Notes under the pieces: generated by a model
The model's input: only the letters and a program-made list of their open reading frames with translations
What the model was told of the DNA's origin: nothing
The model's database searches: none
Assembly: GCA_965207885.1 (NCBI GenBank)
Contig: OZ242311.1
Location: 2,176,001 to 2,240,000, forward strand
Direction of reading: 5' to 3'
Length of the DNA: 64,000 bases
DNA from: Candidatus Latescibacterota bacterium
GTDB lineage: Bacteria > Latescibacterota > UBA2968
Position numbers and translations under genes: made by a program
In this document: positions 9,915 through 19,440 of the stretch, piece after piece
How the letters are laid out: each line of letters opens with the position of its first letter
Position numbering within the stretch: position 1 is the stretch's first letter

Positions 9915-10128
9915 GGCAATATCTGTTATTAAAAGGTGGAGATGGTGCTGTGCAGGAATAGGTAATGTACGTTGGTAGGGGGAGGGCGTCAAGCGGTTGT
10001 AAATAGGTTAATCTCATCGATAGGAAAGACGGTCTGCATTGACAATGTGCAGGTTGTTTTGTTATTTGAGAGGCGAAGGCTGGGGAGGGTAGGCTGACCG
10101 CTGATAGCTATTTAACTGAGGAGGCAAA

Positions 10129-11208
10129 ATGGCAGATAAATTGAAGGTGGGTATTGTCGGGGTGGGAGGTATTGCGAGGACGCATATTCCGGGGTGGCAG
10201 GCTTCAGAACACGCCGAATTGGTGGCTGGAAGCGATATTAGCGAAGATGTATTGAATACGTGGGGCGAGCAATACGGGGTGAAAAAGCTGTATGTGAATC
10301 CTGAAGATTTATTTGCAGATCCAGAGATCGATATTGTAGATGTTTGTACACCAAATAATTATCACGCGCCTTTATCCATCGGTGCGCTGGATGCGGGCAA
10401 ACACGTGATTTGTGAAAAACCACTGGCACCAAGTCCCCAGTTGGTGAAAGATATGATTGCAGCGCGAGACCGGTCGGGTAAGTTGTTGATGTGCGCGCAA
10501 TCGTCGCGGTTTGCAGGCGCGTCTTTGGCGATGAAGAAAGAATTGGATACGGGGGTTTTGGGAAATGTGTATCACGCGCGATGCTGGATGTTGCGGCGGT
10601 CAGGGGTGCCCGCGCGACCGGGTTTTATTATGAAAAAGCACAGCGGTGGCGGGCCGTGTATCGATATTGGTGTTCACGTTTTGGATTTGACTTTGTGGTT
10701 GATGGGCAATCCCAATCCCGTAGCTGTAACAGGTGTGGCAAAGGCGGAATTGGCACATCAGGAAGGCGCGTTCAGTACGATGGGGCGCAGCGGTGGTGCG
10801 ATTCCCGAAGAATTTGATGTGGAGGATTTTGCAGCGGCTTTTGTGCGGTTTGAAAATGGGGCTTCGCTTATTCTGGAGACGAGCTGGATGTTGCATCAAG
10901 GTCCCCCGTCAGAACGGCAGATATGGCTTTACGGCACGAAGGGTGGGGCGCATTTGCCGAGTTGTGAGATTTATTATTCGGATTCCGGGACGCAGCAACA
11001 TCACAAATACGCATTGCAAGATACGGGCGATATCGCCAAAGCACACGCGCTGGAATGCATGACGTTTGCCAGGGCGATTGCAGAGGGCAATCCATCGCCA
11101 GTACCGGCTGAGCAGTCGCTGCAGGTGATGGCAATTTTGGATGGGATTTATCGCAGTGAGGAGGAAGGGCGTGAAGTGGATATAGCGCGAGATGCAACCG
11201 TTGATTAA
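10129..11208 (+). CDS. Gfo/Idh/MocA family oxidoreductase
   Basis: GIVGVGGIA, HVICEKP, GGGPCIDIGVH; RBS GAGGAGG. Confidence 0.92.
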   Translation: MADKLKVGIVGVGGIARTHIPGWQASEHAELVAGSDISEDVLNTWGEQYGVKKLYVNPEDLFADPEIDIVDVCTPNNYHAPLSIGALDAGKHVICEKPLAPSPQLVKDMIAARDRSGKLLMCAQSSRFAGASLAMKKELDTGVLGNVYHARCWMLRRSGVPARPGFIMKKHSGGGPCIDIGVHVLDLTLWLMGNPNPVAVTGVAKAELAHQEGAFSTMGRSGGAIPEEFDVEDFAAAFVRFENGASLILETSWMLHQGPPSERQIWLYGTKGGAHLPSCEIYYSDSGTQQHHKYALQDTGDIAKAHALECMTFARAIAEGNPSPVPAEQSLQVMAILDGIYRSEEEGREVDIARDATVD

Positions 11209-12524
11209 AAAACTTTGTCGTCTTTGTTTTTCTTTTCGAGGGTATTGTCCCATCGGCGTTCGGGAGATTGAGGCGCGCGATCGATGAGTTTGTTGGGTCT
11301 GCCCATCTGTTTGATCAGATCAAAAGCATCATAGAGTTCGCCTACAGCGGTCATTGCTCGGTAGTGCAGCGTGTCGCCCGAGATAGTAATGACCTGATAA
11401 AGCTGTGTGTTTTCCCCACCGCGCGTCATCCAGCGATCTTTTCTGAGTTTGAGTTGTTTGGGACCGCTCACCGATACGACATAAACTGTACCTTTGGTTG
11501 TGTCGCGCACGGTTACGCCGTTGCCGATGTTGTGTCCCCTGGCATACGTGTGATTGTGACCTTGAAGCACCATATCGACAGCGTATTTGTCAAAGATGGG
11601 TTTCCACGCTTCGCGCTGGTCTTTATTGGCGAGACCTCCAGATGCCGCATAGACCGGATGATGGAATGTGACAAAGGTCCATTTATTGGGGTTGTTTTTG
11701 AGCACTTGTTCCAACCAGGGAGCCTGTTCTTTGTGGCGTTCATTGGAATTGAGCGAGATGATGCGTGCGCCCTGATAGTCCGTGTAATAGGTGGTTTCCG
11801 CAAAGCCTTCGGGACCATTTTCGGGCAGGGTGAATTGCGGACGCCATAGAACAGATAGGCGACGTTTGCTCACATCTTGATAGTTAGAGTATTCGTTATT
11901 TCCCGGCGTAGGAATGCTGGGGATTTTTGCATGGATCCAGTTACCAGATTCAAACCATTCATGCCAGTCGCTATCTTTGTTGGGATAATCGACGAGGTCG
12001 CCTGCGTGGATGATAAAGTCGGCGTGGGGCGCGTCGAGGACAGCGGTTCGGATGGCACGTGCCCACAGAGCGAGCAGGTTGTTTTGTGCATCGCCAAGGT
12101 AGATGAAGGTGAATTCATCCGGTTCGGCAGAGGCCGTGCGAAATTGATACCAGGAACTCCAGATTTTATCGCTGCCCACGCGATAGGCATAGAGGGTGTT
12201 GGGTTTGAGACCCTTGAATGTGACCGAATGGAAATGGGCGGCAAGTCTATTGCGTTTCCACTTTTCTGTGCGCGCTGTCTCGTTTCTGGCCCATGTAGTA
12301 AAATTGGCCGAGGCATTGGCTTCTGCGATTTGTCCTTCTGCCTGTGAGATGCTCGTGTCGGTGCGCCAGGTGACGGATGCTGTGGTGGTGGGATCTCCCG
12401 ACCAGGTGAGTACTATGCGGTCGGGGATTTTCTTAGGCGCGCGATCTACGGCAGCACGGTGATATTCGTTTGCATAAGCAGGGATTGTGAACTGGAGCAG
12501 CAAGGTGAGACAGATTAGACGCAT
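11205..12524 (-). CDS. Secreted metallophosphoesterase (purple-acid-phosphatase-like, FN3 + calcineurin-like), copy 1
   Basis: Signal peptide MRLICLTLLL; motifs GDAQ, GDLVD, GNNE, FHHP, GHNH. Confidence 0.85.
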   Translation of the reverse strand: MRLICLTLLLQFTIPAYANEYHRAAVDRAPKKIPDRIVLTWSGDPTTTASVTWRTDTSISQAEGQIAEANASANFTTWARNETARTEKWKRNRLAAHFHSVTFKGLKPNTLYAYRVGSDKIWSSWYQFRTASAEPDEFTFIYLGDAQNNLLALWARAIRTAVLDAPHADFIIHAGDLVDYPNKDSDWHEWFESGNWIHAKIPSIPTPGNNEYSNYQDVSKRRLSVLWRPQFTLPENGPEGFAETTYYTDYQGARIISLNSNERHKEQAPWLEQVLKNNPNKWTFVTFHHPVYAASGGLANKDQREAWKPIFDKYAVDMVLQGHNHTYARGHNIGNGVTVRDTTKGTVYVVSVSGPKQLKLRKDRWMTRGGENTQLYQVITISGDTLHYRAMTAVGELYDAFDLIKQMGRPNKLIDRAPQSPERRWDNTLEKKNKDDKVF

Positions 12525-12552
12525 AGGGTTCTCTAAGTGATTTAAAATACCA

Positions 12553-13866
12553 CTAATAAACTTTGTCGTCTTTGTCTTTCTTTTCAAGGGTATTTTCCCA
12601 ACGGCGTTCGGGAGATTGAGGCGCGCGATCGATGAGTTTGTTGGGTTTGCCCATCTGTTTGACCAGATCAAAAGCGTCGTAGAGTTCACCCACTGCGGTC
12701 ATTGCGCGGTAGCTCAGGGTGTCACCCGAGACAGTGATGACCTGGTAAAGCTGTGTGTTTTCCGCACCGCGCGTCATCCAGCGGTCTTTTCTGAGTTTGT
12801 ATTGTTTGGGTCCGCTGACCGATACGACGTACACAGTGCCTTTTGTTGAGTCGCGCACGGTTGCGCCGCTGCCGATGTTATTTCCTCTGGCATACGAGTG
12901 GTCGTGACCCTGGAGCACCATATCGACGGCGTATTTGTCAAAGATGGGTTTCCACGCTTCGCGCAGGTCTTTATTGTCGCGACCTTCAGACGCCGAATAG
13001 ACGGGATGATGGAATGTGACAAAGGTCCATTTATTCGGGTTATCTTTGAGTACTTGTTCCAACCAGGATGCCTGTTCTTCACGACCTTCATTGGAATTGA
13101 GGGAGATGATGCGCGCACCCTGATAGTCTGTGTAATAGGTCGTTTCCGTAAAGCCCTCTGGCCCATTTTCTGGCAGGGTGAAATGCGGACGCCATAGAAC
13201 AGATAGATGGCGTTTGTCTCCATTTTTATAGTATTCGTGATTCCCCGGCGTAGAAATGCTGGGGATTTTTGCATGGATCCAGTCGCCAGATTCAAACCAT
13301 TCCTCCCATTCGCTGTCCCTGTTGGCGCGATTGACGAGGTCGCCTGCGTGGAGAATAAAATCTGCATGGGGCGCGTCGAGTACGGCGGTCCGGATGGTGC
13401 GCGCCCACAGAGCGAGCAGGTTGTTTTGTGCATCGCCAAAATAGATGAAGGTGAATTCATCAGGTTCGGCTGAGGCCGTGCGAAATTGATACCAGGAGCT
13501 CCAAATATCGCCACTGCCCACGCGATAGGCATAGAGGGTATTGGGTTTGAGACCCTTGAATGTGACCGAATGGAAATGTGCAGTATTTCCATTGTGTTCC
13601 CATTTTTCAGTGCGCGCGTTTTTGCTCCAGGACCATGTGGTAAAATTGGCCGAGGCATTGGCTTTTGCGATCTGGCCTTCGGCTTGTGTGATGCTCGTGT
13701 CGGTGCGCCATGTGACCGATGCTGTGGTGGTGGGGTCTTCCGACCAGTTGAGTACTATGCGGTCGGGAATTTGCGAGGGAAGAGAATCTACGGCAGCACG
13801 GTAATGCTCGTTCGCATAAGCCGGGGCTGTGAATAGGAACAGAAGGATGAGGCAAATCGGGCGCAT
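12553..13866 (-). CDS. Secreted metallophosphoesterase (purple-acid-phosphatase-like), copy 2
   Basis: RBS AGGAG, signal peptide MRPICLILLF; canonical motifs GDAQ, GDLVN, GNHE, FHHP, GHDH. Confidence 0.9.
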   Translation of the reverse strand: MRPICLILLFLFTAPAYANEHYRAAVDSLPSQIPDRIVLNWSEDPTTTASVTWRTDTSITQAEGQIAKANASANFTTWSWSKNARTEKWEHNGNTAHFHSVTFKGLKPNTLYAYRVGSGDIWSSWYQFRTASAEPDEFTFIYFGDAQNNLLALWARTIRTAVLDAPHADFILHAGDLVNRANRDSEWEEWFESGDWIHAKIPSISTPGNHEYYKNGDKRHLSVLWRPHFTLPENGPEGFTETTYYTDYQGARIISLNSNEGREEQASWLEQVLKDNPNKWTFVTFHHPVYSASEGRDNKDLREAWKPIFDKYAVDMVLQGHDHSYARGNNIGSGATVRDSTKGTVYVVSVSGPKQYKLRKDRWMTRGAENTQLYQVITVSGDTLSYRAMTAVGELYDAFDLVKQMGKPNKLIDRAPQSPERRWENTLEKKDKDDKVY

Positions 13867-13957
13867 GGTGGTCTCCTGGTGAGGATGTGGGATTGACGTT
13901 TCTCTTACAAAGATATACAATGCGTTCCAAATTAAAAAGGCGAAACGCAACTTTTAT

Positions 13958-14707
13958 TCAATCAATTTCAAGAGAGATTTCGTTGTTGAGTTGTTCGCGT
14001 TCAGAGCGAGAATCGGTTGTGGCATAGTGGAGGATGAGCGCTTTACGCCATGTGTTTGTGTGATTTGTTTCGCTGTGGTGCAGGGTGCAGCCGTGGTGAA
14101 ATATGACAGATCCTGCTGGCACGGGACAGGCGACGGATTCGGGAAGGTCGATATTTTTTGTATCGGGTATGTGATGCACGGGGCGGTCCGGGTCATGGGT
14201 GATGTCAAAGATGCCGTGTCTGTGTGAACTGGGCACATAACGCATACAGCCATTGGTATCTGTGGCCTCGTCTAAGGCGATCCAGGCGGTGATGAGACCG
14301 TTGATGGGTTGTACGCGAAAATAGCTCTGGTCCTGATGCGCTGGTTTGGCCTGGCCACCCGGTGGTTTGAGCAGCATCTGATCGCGAAAAACGCGAATGC
14401 GCGGTCCGATTAAGCCGCGCACGAGTGCGAGTAATTTGGAGTGTCTGGCGATAGGACGATAGGCGGGGTCAAAGCGCACGACAAATGCGAGAACGCGCAC
14501 ACTGTGATTTTGCGCTTCTGGATTTGATTTGTCTGTTATGGTATTGCCTTCAAGGCCAATTGAGATGCCTTCGGGTGCTCGATCCGGGTTGGCTACAATC
14601 TCGTCGGTGCGATGAATAACGTCGGCGAGTTCTTCTTTTTGAAAGAGGTTTTTTACGACGAGATAGCCGTGGGTGTCGTAAAATATTTTCATACTGGGTT
14701 CAAACAC
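13958..14707 (-). CDS. Phytanoyl-CoA dioxygenase (PhyH) family Fe(II)/2OG dioxygenase
   Basis: HQD...H facial triad (AHQDQSY, TLHHS); WIALDEATDTNGCM; GTG start after AAAGGAG. Confidence 0.88.
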   Translation of the reverse strand: MFEPSMKIFYDTHGYLVVKNLFQKEELADVIHRTDEIVANPDRAPEGISIGLEGNTITDKSNPEAQNHSVRVLAFVVRFDPAYRPIARHSKLLALVRGLIGPRIRVFRDQMLLKPPGGQAKPAHQDQSYFRVQPINGLITAWIALDEATDTNGCMRYVPSSHRHGIFDITHDPDRPVHHIPDTKNIDLPESVACPVPAGSVIFHHGCTLHHSETNHTNTWRKALILHYATTDSRSEREQLNNEISLEID

Positions 14708-14791
14708 GGTGTTCTCCTTTGACGCGAAAAATACAGGTTTAAACACAGGATGTCAAGCGTGTGAATTGATGGCAGACTATCACCTCTGCTA

Positions 14792-17197
14792 TTACTCATA
14801 CCGCAAGGCTTCCACTGGATTTGCCCGCGCAGCTTTGATGGCTTGATAGCTGACGGTCAGAAGTGCGATGAACAGGGCGATGAGGCCGCTCAGGATAAAT
14901 GTGCCGATGCTTAGATTGATGCGGTAAGCGAAGCTCTGTAGCCACTGGTTCATCGCGTAGTATGCAATTGGCCAGGCTATGAGATTGGCGATGAGGACGA
15001 GTTTGAGAAAGTCTTTGGAGAGTAAGCATACAATGCCTGAGACAGAGGCTCCGAGGATTTTGCGAATGCCGATTTCCTTAGTGCGTTGTTGAGTGGTAAA
15101 CGCAGCCAGACCAAAGAGGCCGAGGCAGGCGATGAGGATGGCGAGGCCAGAAAAGATTTGGAAGACGTGAGACATTTGTTGCTCCCGGTTGTAGAGCCTG
15201 GCGTAATCCTGGTCTAAAAATGTGTAGCTAAACGGCTGGTTTGGGGCGAGTTTTTTCCAGGTTTCTTCAACCGCAGAAATAGCTTCTGCGACATTGCCGG
15301 GATGGAGACGAATGGCAAGGTACATTGGCATTCGGCGCAGGTAGGGCAATACGAGCGGTTTGATTTCCTGTTTGAGCGAGCCGATGTGGAAATCCGATAC
15401 CACACCGATGATTGTTCCTTCGAATTTGCCGAAGTTGTTTGTTTTGAGTTTTTTCCCGAGTGCGGTTTGCCACCCCAGTGCTTTGACGGCGGATTGATTG
15501 ACGAGAAATGCAGAGACATCTGTTGCATGTTCTGCGGGGGAAAAGTTTCGGCCTTCTACAATTTCTATATTCAGTGCCTTGACGTATTTTTCATCTACCA
15601 ATGTGTATGTGAGAGATGTTTCTTCGTAATTTGCCGGTTGTTCGGGCATGAAGCGCACGGAATCAAAAGCTCGTCCTGGTACGCCCGTATTGAATGAGGC
15701 GGTAGCGACCTGTGGCAGTGTTTCAAATTGGTTTCTGAATGTCATGACGAATGTCATGGCTTGTCTGGGAGAGGTCAGATTACGCGGTATGGGTATCCCC
15801 TGGAGAACAAGGACGTGTTCTTTGTCGAATCCGAGGTGTTTATTTTGCGCGAAATGAAGCTGGTTGCGAACGACGAGGGTGCCGACCAATAGACTGATGG
15901 AAATGCAAAACTGTGCGATGACCAGCCCATTGCGAAGATAGGCTTTGCCCGATGGTATATATCCTCTGAGTGCCGTAACAGGCCAAAATGAGGAGAGGTA
16001 AAGTGCCGGATACATGCCGGCTGAGAAGCCGACTGCGATGATGAGGGCAAATAATCCAATGAGCACAGGGGGCGCGATCAGGCTGCCCATTGTGAGGTGT
16101 TTGTTGGCAAGACCGTTGAGGAGTGGTAGTCCCAGCTCGCACAATCCAATTGCCAGAATACTTGAGAAGGCGACGCAGATGGTGGATTCGGAGAAGAATT
16201 GGCGAATGAGTTGCGAGCGGTGGGAGCCGAGGACTTTTCGAACGCCGACTTCGCGGGCGCGGGTTGATGAACGCGCTGTGGAGAGGTTGATGAAGTTAAT
16301 GCAGGCGAGTAGCAGGACAAAAATTGCGATTAGTGAAAAGATATAGACATACATGATGTTGCTATTTGCTGTGATTTCATATCTGAGGTTCGAATATAGA
16401 TGGATGTCTGTGAGGGGTTGAATAAGGTAATTGGTGTAGTCGCCTGGCTGAGAAGATCTTTCGCTCAAGATGTGTTCGCGAACATAAGTGGTAAATTTGG
16501 TTTGCAATTCAGAGGCAGATGCCCCGGTTTTTAACATGAGGTACGTATAAACAGTGGCCGATCCCCAGTCCGATTTTCTGCGCTCGATAATGGGGAGGGT
16601 TTTGAGGGGTGCGAGAAAATCGAAGTGAAAGTGGGACTGGGGTGGGAATGCTTTGACCACGCCCGTGACTTGATGCGATTTGCCATCGTTGAGTTCAAGG
16701 GTTTGCCCCATTGGGTCGCGATTGGGAAAGTAACGCTGCGCGCTTTGTTCTGTGAGGATGACGGCGTTGGGTGCGTTGAGTGCTGTTGCGGGATCTCCCG
16801 CGATGAAGGGAACGGTAAAGACATCGAAAAAGCTGCTTTCTGCGTAGTAGAAATTTTTCTCGGTGACATAATTCGATTCTCGGCGGATGGTTTGGCTTCC
16901 GCGTCTTAATCGCGTACTGTGGATGACCTCTGGAAATTGTTCTTTCAGCGTTTCAGATATGGGTACCGATACAACGGGAATGGTCCATTCGTTGTTGCCG
17001 TATCGGGCGTTCCACAAAACGCGATGGATTTGATCGGCATTTTTGTGAAATCTATCGTAGCTCAGTTCGTCCTGTACAAATAGCATGATCAACATGCAGC
17101 ACGCAATACCCACGGCGAGTCCAGAGATGTTGACAAAAGAATAGACTTTGTGACGCAAGAGCGTGCGGATGGCGACGGTGATGTGATTTTTGAACAT
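14792..17197 (-). CDS. ABC transporter permease, double MacB/FtsX-type
   Basis: MFKNHITVAIRTL, INFINLSTARSSTRAREVGVRKVLG, RTKEIGIRKILGAS, ANPVEALRYE. Confidence 0.92.
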   Translation of the reverse strand: MFKNHITVAIRTLLRHKVYSFVNISGLAVGIACCMLIMLFVQDELSYDRFHKNADQIHRVLWNARYGNNEWTIPVVSVPISETLKEQFPEVIHSTRLRRGSQTIRRESNYVTEKNFYYAESSFFDVFTVPFIAGDPATALNAPNAVILTEQSAQRYFPNRDPMGQTLELNDGKSHQVTGVVKAFPPQSHFHFDFLAPLKTLPIIERRKSDWGSATVYTYLMLKTGASASELQTKFTTYVREHILSERSSQPGDYTNYLIQPLTDIHLYSNLRYEITANSNIMYVYIFSLIAIFVLLLACINFINLSTARSSTRAREVGVRKVLGSHRSQLIRQFFSESTICVAFSSILAIGLCELGLPLLNGLANKHLTMGSLIAPPVLIGLFALIIAVGFSAGMYPALYLSSFWPVTALRGYIPSGKAYLRNGLVIAQFCISISLLVGTLVVRNQLHFAQNKHLGFDKEHVLVLQGIPIPRNLTSPRQAMTFVMTFRNQFETLPQVATASFNTGVPGRAFDSVRFMPEQPANYEETSLTYTLVDEKYVKALNIEIVEGRNFSPAEHATDVSAFLVNQSAVKALGWQTALGKKLKTNNFGKFEGTIIGVVSDFHIGSLKQEIKPLVLPYLRRMPMYLAIRLHPGNVAEAISAVEETWKKLAPNQPFSYTFLDQDYARLYNREQQMSHVFQIFSGLAILIACLGLFGLAAFTTQQRTKEIGIRKILGASVSGIVCLLSKDFLKLVLIANLIAWPIAYYAMNQWLQSFAYRINLSIGTFILSGLIALFIALLTVSYQAIKAARANPVEALRYE

Positions 17198-17250
17198 GGC
17201 TCCCCCTGTAAAAAAATAAGATAGGCTATCAAGTGTTATTTTTTGATTAA

Positions 17251-17266
17251 AGCAATAACCGTGCCA
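17251..17266 (-). promoter_or_regulatory. Sigma54 (-24/-12) promoter of the ABC permease
   Basis: Minus strand reads TGGCACGGTTATTGCT, matching TGGCAC-N5-TTGCW exactly, about 55 bp upstream of the ATG. Confidence 0.8.
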
Positions 17267-17330
17267 AAAATTCTTTATGTATATTTTCCAATAGGTTAAG
17301 TAAAAATGGGAAATTGGCATCCCCACATAA

Positions 17331-17370
17331 GTGTCCGATAATGATACAGTGGTGTCCGTTTTCGGACACT
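17331..17370. promoter_or_regulatory. Tandem palindromic upstream activator (enhancer) sites
   Basis: Perfect GTGTCCG-tttt-CGGACAC (17352-17369) plus imperfect TGTCCGataatGATACA (17332-17348), 65-105 bp upstream of the -24 box. Confidence 0.65.
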
Positions 17371-17494
17371 TGGTACATAAATAATCTATGCCTTGAAACT
17401 GAACTATTTAGGAGGATAGCTCCAAATTAGTTCAACTATTTTGTAGCAAGTTCCAAAATGGTACACTTTTTTCGGCGTTTAAGAATCGATTTGT

Positions 17495-18856
17495 CTAACT
17501 GTCAGATCTGTGGCGGTGGCGCAGGCTACCCAGTTGAAACCGGCGGGGATCGCCGAGGCGTTTGTCCAGAGCCTCGGGTGTCCAGTTGGTGTGGGTGAGT
17601 GCCCAGTCGATTTCGCTGGCGAGCGGGCTGTCGAAGATGCCGGGGTCGTCTGCGCCGATGACGAGGTTGACGTTTGATTCGAGGAATGTGTGGATGGGGT
17701 GATGAGCGGGATCGGGCACGCCGCCTATGCGGAGATTGGAGGTGGGGCATGTTTCGATGACTGTGCCGAGTTTTGTGAGGTGGTTGAGAACAAATTGCTG
17801 GCGGTTGCGGATTTCTTCGAGGCGTTGGGGATTATAGGGGCGCTCGACTATTTCTTCGGGTGTTCGATTTTTCAGGGTTTGTCGTTCGGTTTGGAGTGCG
17901 CTGGCGTTCACTTCGATATCGAAGGCCGAAAGTTCAGAGGCGCGCGTGAGATCGTAGGCGATCTGGTCGAGGCGTTCGCTGACCCGTTCTTTTGTGTGGG
18001 CATCGGGGCGGCGCGCAATCGCGACTGCCGGGTCGAGGCCGAGCGCCGTGGCATGGCCCAATCGCCTGGCGCCCATTTCGGCGGCTTCGTGACACCAGCG
18101 TATCGCGCTTTCGAGGGATTTGTCGAAATAGCTTTCGCCCACGTGATAGGTGATTTCGAGGGCGCGTTCGGGGCGTTGCTGGTTGTCTATGTGTACATGT
18201 TGGAAGAGTGCGCGGTTGTCTTTGGGAGGGTAGCCTTCTTCGATATCGGCAAAGTCAATGCCGACGATGGTGGGTGTGAGTTCGGGGTTTTCATCTATGA
18301 GTTCTTGTACCCATTCGTAGTCTTGTTGCGCGGTCTGGCGGCGCAGGGTGACGATGTAGCGCGCGGTTGTGTTGTTTTGCGATGCGTTTGAGAGAATTTG
18401 GGCGTTTGTGCGGTGAAAGTCGATGAATCCCTCTCGCGTTTCCCCACCGCCGCTGCAACGGTATTCGATAAAGGTGATACCTTCTTTGCGATGCCGGTCA
18501 TGTGCTTTGAAAAACGCCTTGATCAGGAGTTCCTGTCTTTCGGGTGGATGCCTCAAAAGGCTGCTGATGAGGTTGAATTTGGCTTTAAACCGGCCAAAGT
18601 CGCCCCCATCTTTTTCGGTGTAGATGTAGTGTTCTTTAAATTTGGCAAGTCCCACGGTTGGATTGGAGATGGCATCGCGATAGAGTGCGATGGGATCCGG
18701 GCGAATGCCATAAGCTTCTTCGTAGGCGTCGGTAAAGAGCGTCCAGTCAATGTCTTCGTAAAGGTCTTTGCCGAGTTCTATGAGGTCTTCGGCGGTCAAG
18801 CATCCGCCGGGGTGGACGTGGAGTTCGCAAGTTTTGGCTAAGTGGAGTGGGGACAT
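17495..18856 (-). CDS. Adenosine/AMP deaminase-family metallohydrolase
   Basis: ELHVH, YHVGES, RLGHAT, ETCPTSN, GADDPG. Confidence 0.85.
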   Translation of the reverse strand: MSPLHLAKTCELHVHPGGCLTAEDLIELGKDLYEDIDWTLFTDAYEEAYGIRPDPIALYRDAISNPTVGLAKFKEHYIYTEKDGGDFGRFKAKFNLISSLLRHPPERQELLIKAFFKAHDRHRKEGITFIEYRCSGGGETREGFIDFHRTNAQILSNASQNNTTARYIVTLRRQTAQQDYEWVQELIDENPELTPTIVGIDFADIEEGYPPKDNRALFQHVHIDNQQRPERALEITYHVGESYFDKSLESAIRWCHEAAEMGARRLGHATALGLDPAVAIARRPDAHTKERVSERLDQIAYDLTRASELSAFDIEVNASALQTERQTLKNRTPEEIVERPYNPQRLEEIRNRQQFVLNHLTKLGTVIETCPTSNLRIGGVPDPAHHPIHTFLESNVNLVIGADDPGIFDSPLASEIDWALTHTNWTPEALDKRLGDPRRFQLGSLRHRHRSDS

Positions 18857-19043
18857 GTATTATTCCTTTGGGTTCGCGCGTTTTGAGCCTGTTGCGTCTA
18901 AAAAAGTTAAGAGAATTTATAGAGTGAGACAAGCCCCTATTTGCAAAATAAAAAATGTCTCAAATTAGGCAATTCACCGCTTGACGCGGCTTATTATTTA
19001 TGATATTTTATGAAGTGAAATAATCGCGCAAATGGAGGCTTAC

Positions 19044-19274
19044 ATGACCGCACAGTTGTTGATTTTTATCGCTGCAATGATTTATCTGTGTTGGGTATCC
19101 GTTCGGTATTGGAAACGTCGCAATCGCAAAGATGGTCCGTTTATTGAAGTGGTTGAAGATAAGCCCGTGAGTAAGCCGTATAGGCAGAGACGTGTGCAAA
19201 AGAAAAAAGAATCCGATGCCGACCGCGAGTGGCGCAAGCGCGTGCAGGACGAAATTGAAGATATGACAAAATAA
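19044..19274 (+). CDS. Small single-pass membrane protein, hypothetical
   Basis: RBS GGAGG before ATG 19044; N-terminal hydrophobic helix then charged tail; TTGACG-17-TATTTT upstream; terminator downstream. Confidence 0.6.
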   Translation: MTAQLLIFIAAMIYLCWVSVRYWKRRNRKDGPFIEVVEDKPVSKPYRQRRVQKKKESDADREWRKRVQDEIEDMTK

Positions 19275-19334
19275 AGTCGAGGGTCGAAAGCCATTTGTTC
19301 ACGACAAGCGCGGTCTCTTGACGCACTACAAGAA

Positions 19335-19366
19335 AAAACCCCCATCCAATTAAGATGGGGGTTTTA
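19335..19366 (+). terminator. Intrinsic terminator
   Basis: AAAACCCCCATC-caattaa-GATGGGGGTTTT. Confidence 0.75.
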
Positions 19367-19440
19367 TTATGCTTGCACTTGAGCGATTTGCGTGCTACGT
19401 TACTCGTGAGCGAGCAAACCTTTGAATTGGGATATTGGAT

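Larger units (their letters stand above)
11205..13866. repeat. Tandem direct duplication of a ~1.35-kb phosphoesterase gene
   Basis: Long identical DNA stretches, e.g. ggcgttcgggagattgaggcgcgcgatcgatgagtttgttggg near 11255 and 12603 (offset 1348 bp). Confidence 0.9.

Noticed and set aside
17400-17434. Imperfect inverted repeat TGAACTA...GGAG-gatag-CTCC...TAGTTCA
   Set aside because: Could be a weak terminator for the deaminase gene, but it lacks a clear U-tract, so support is too weak to call.
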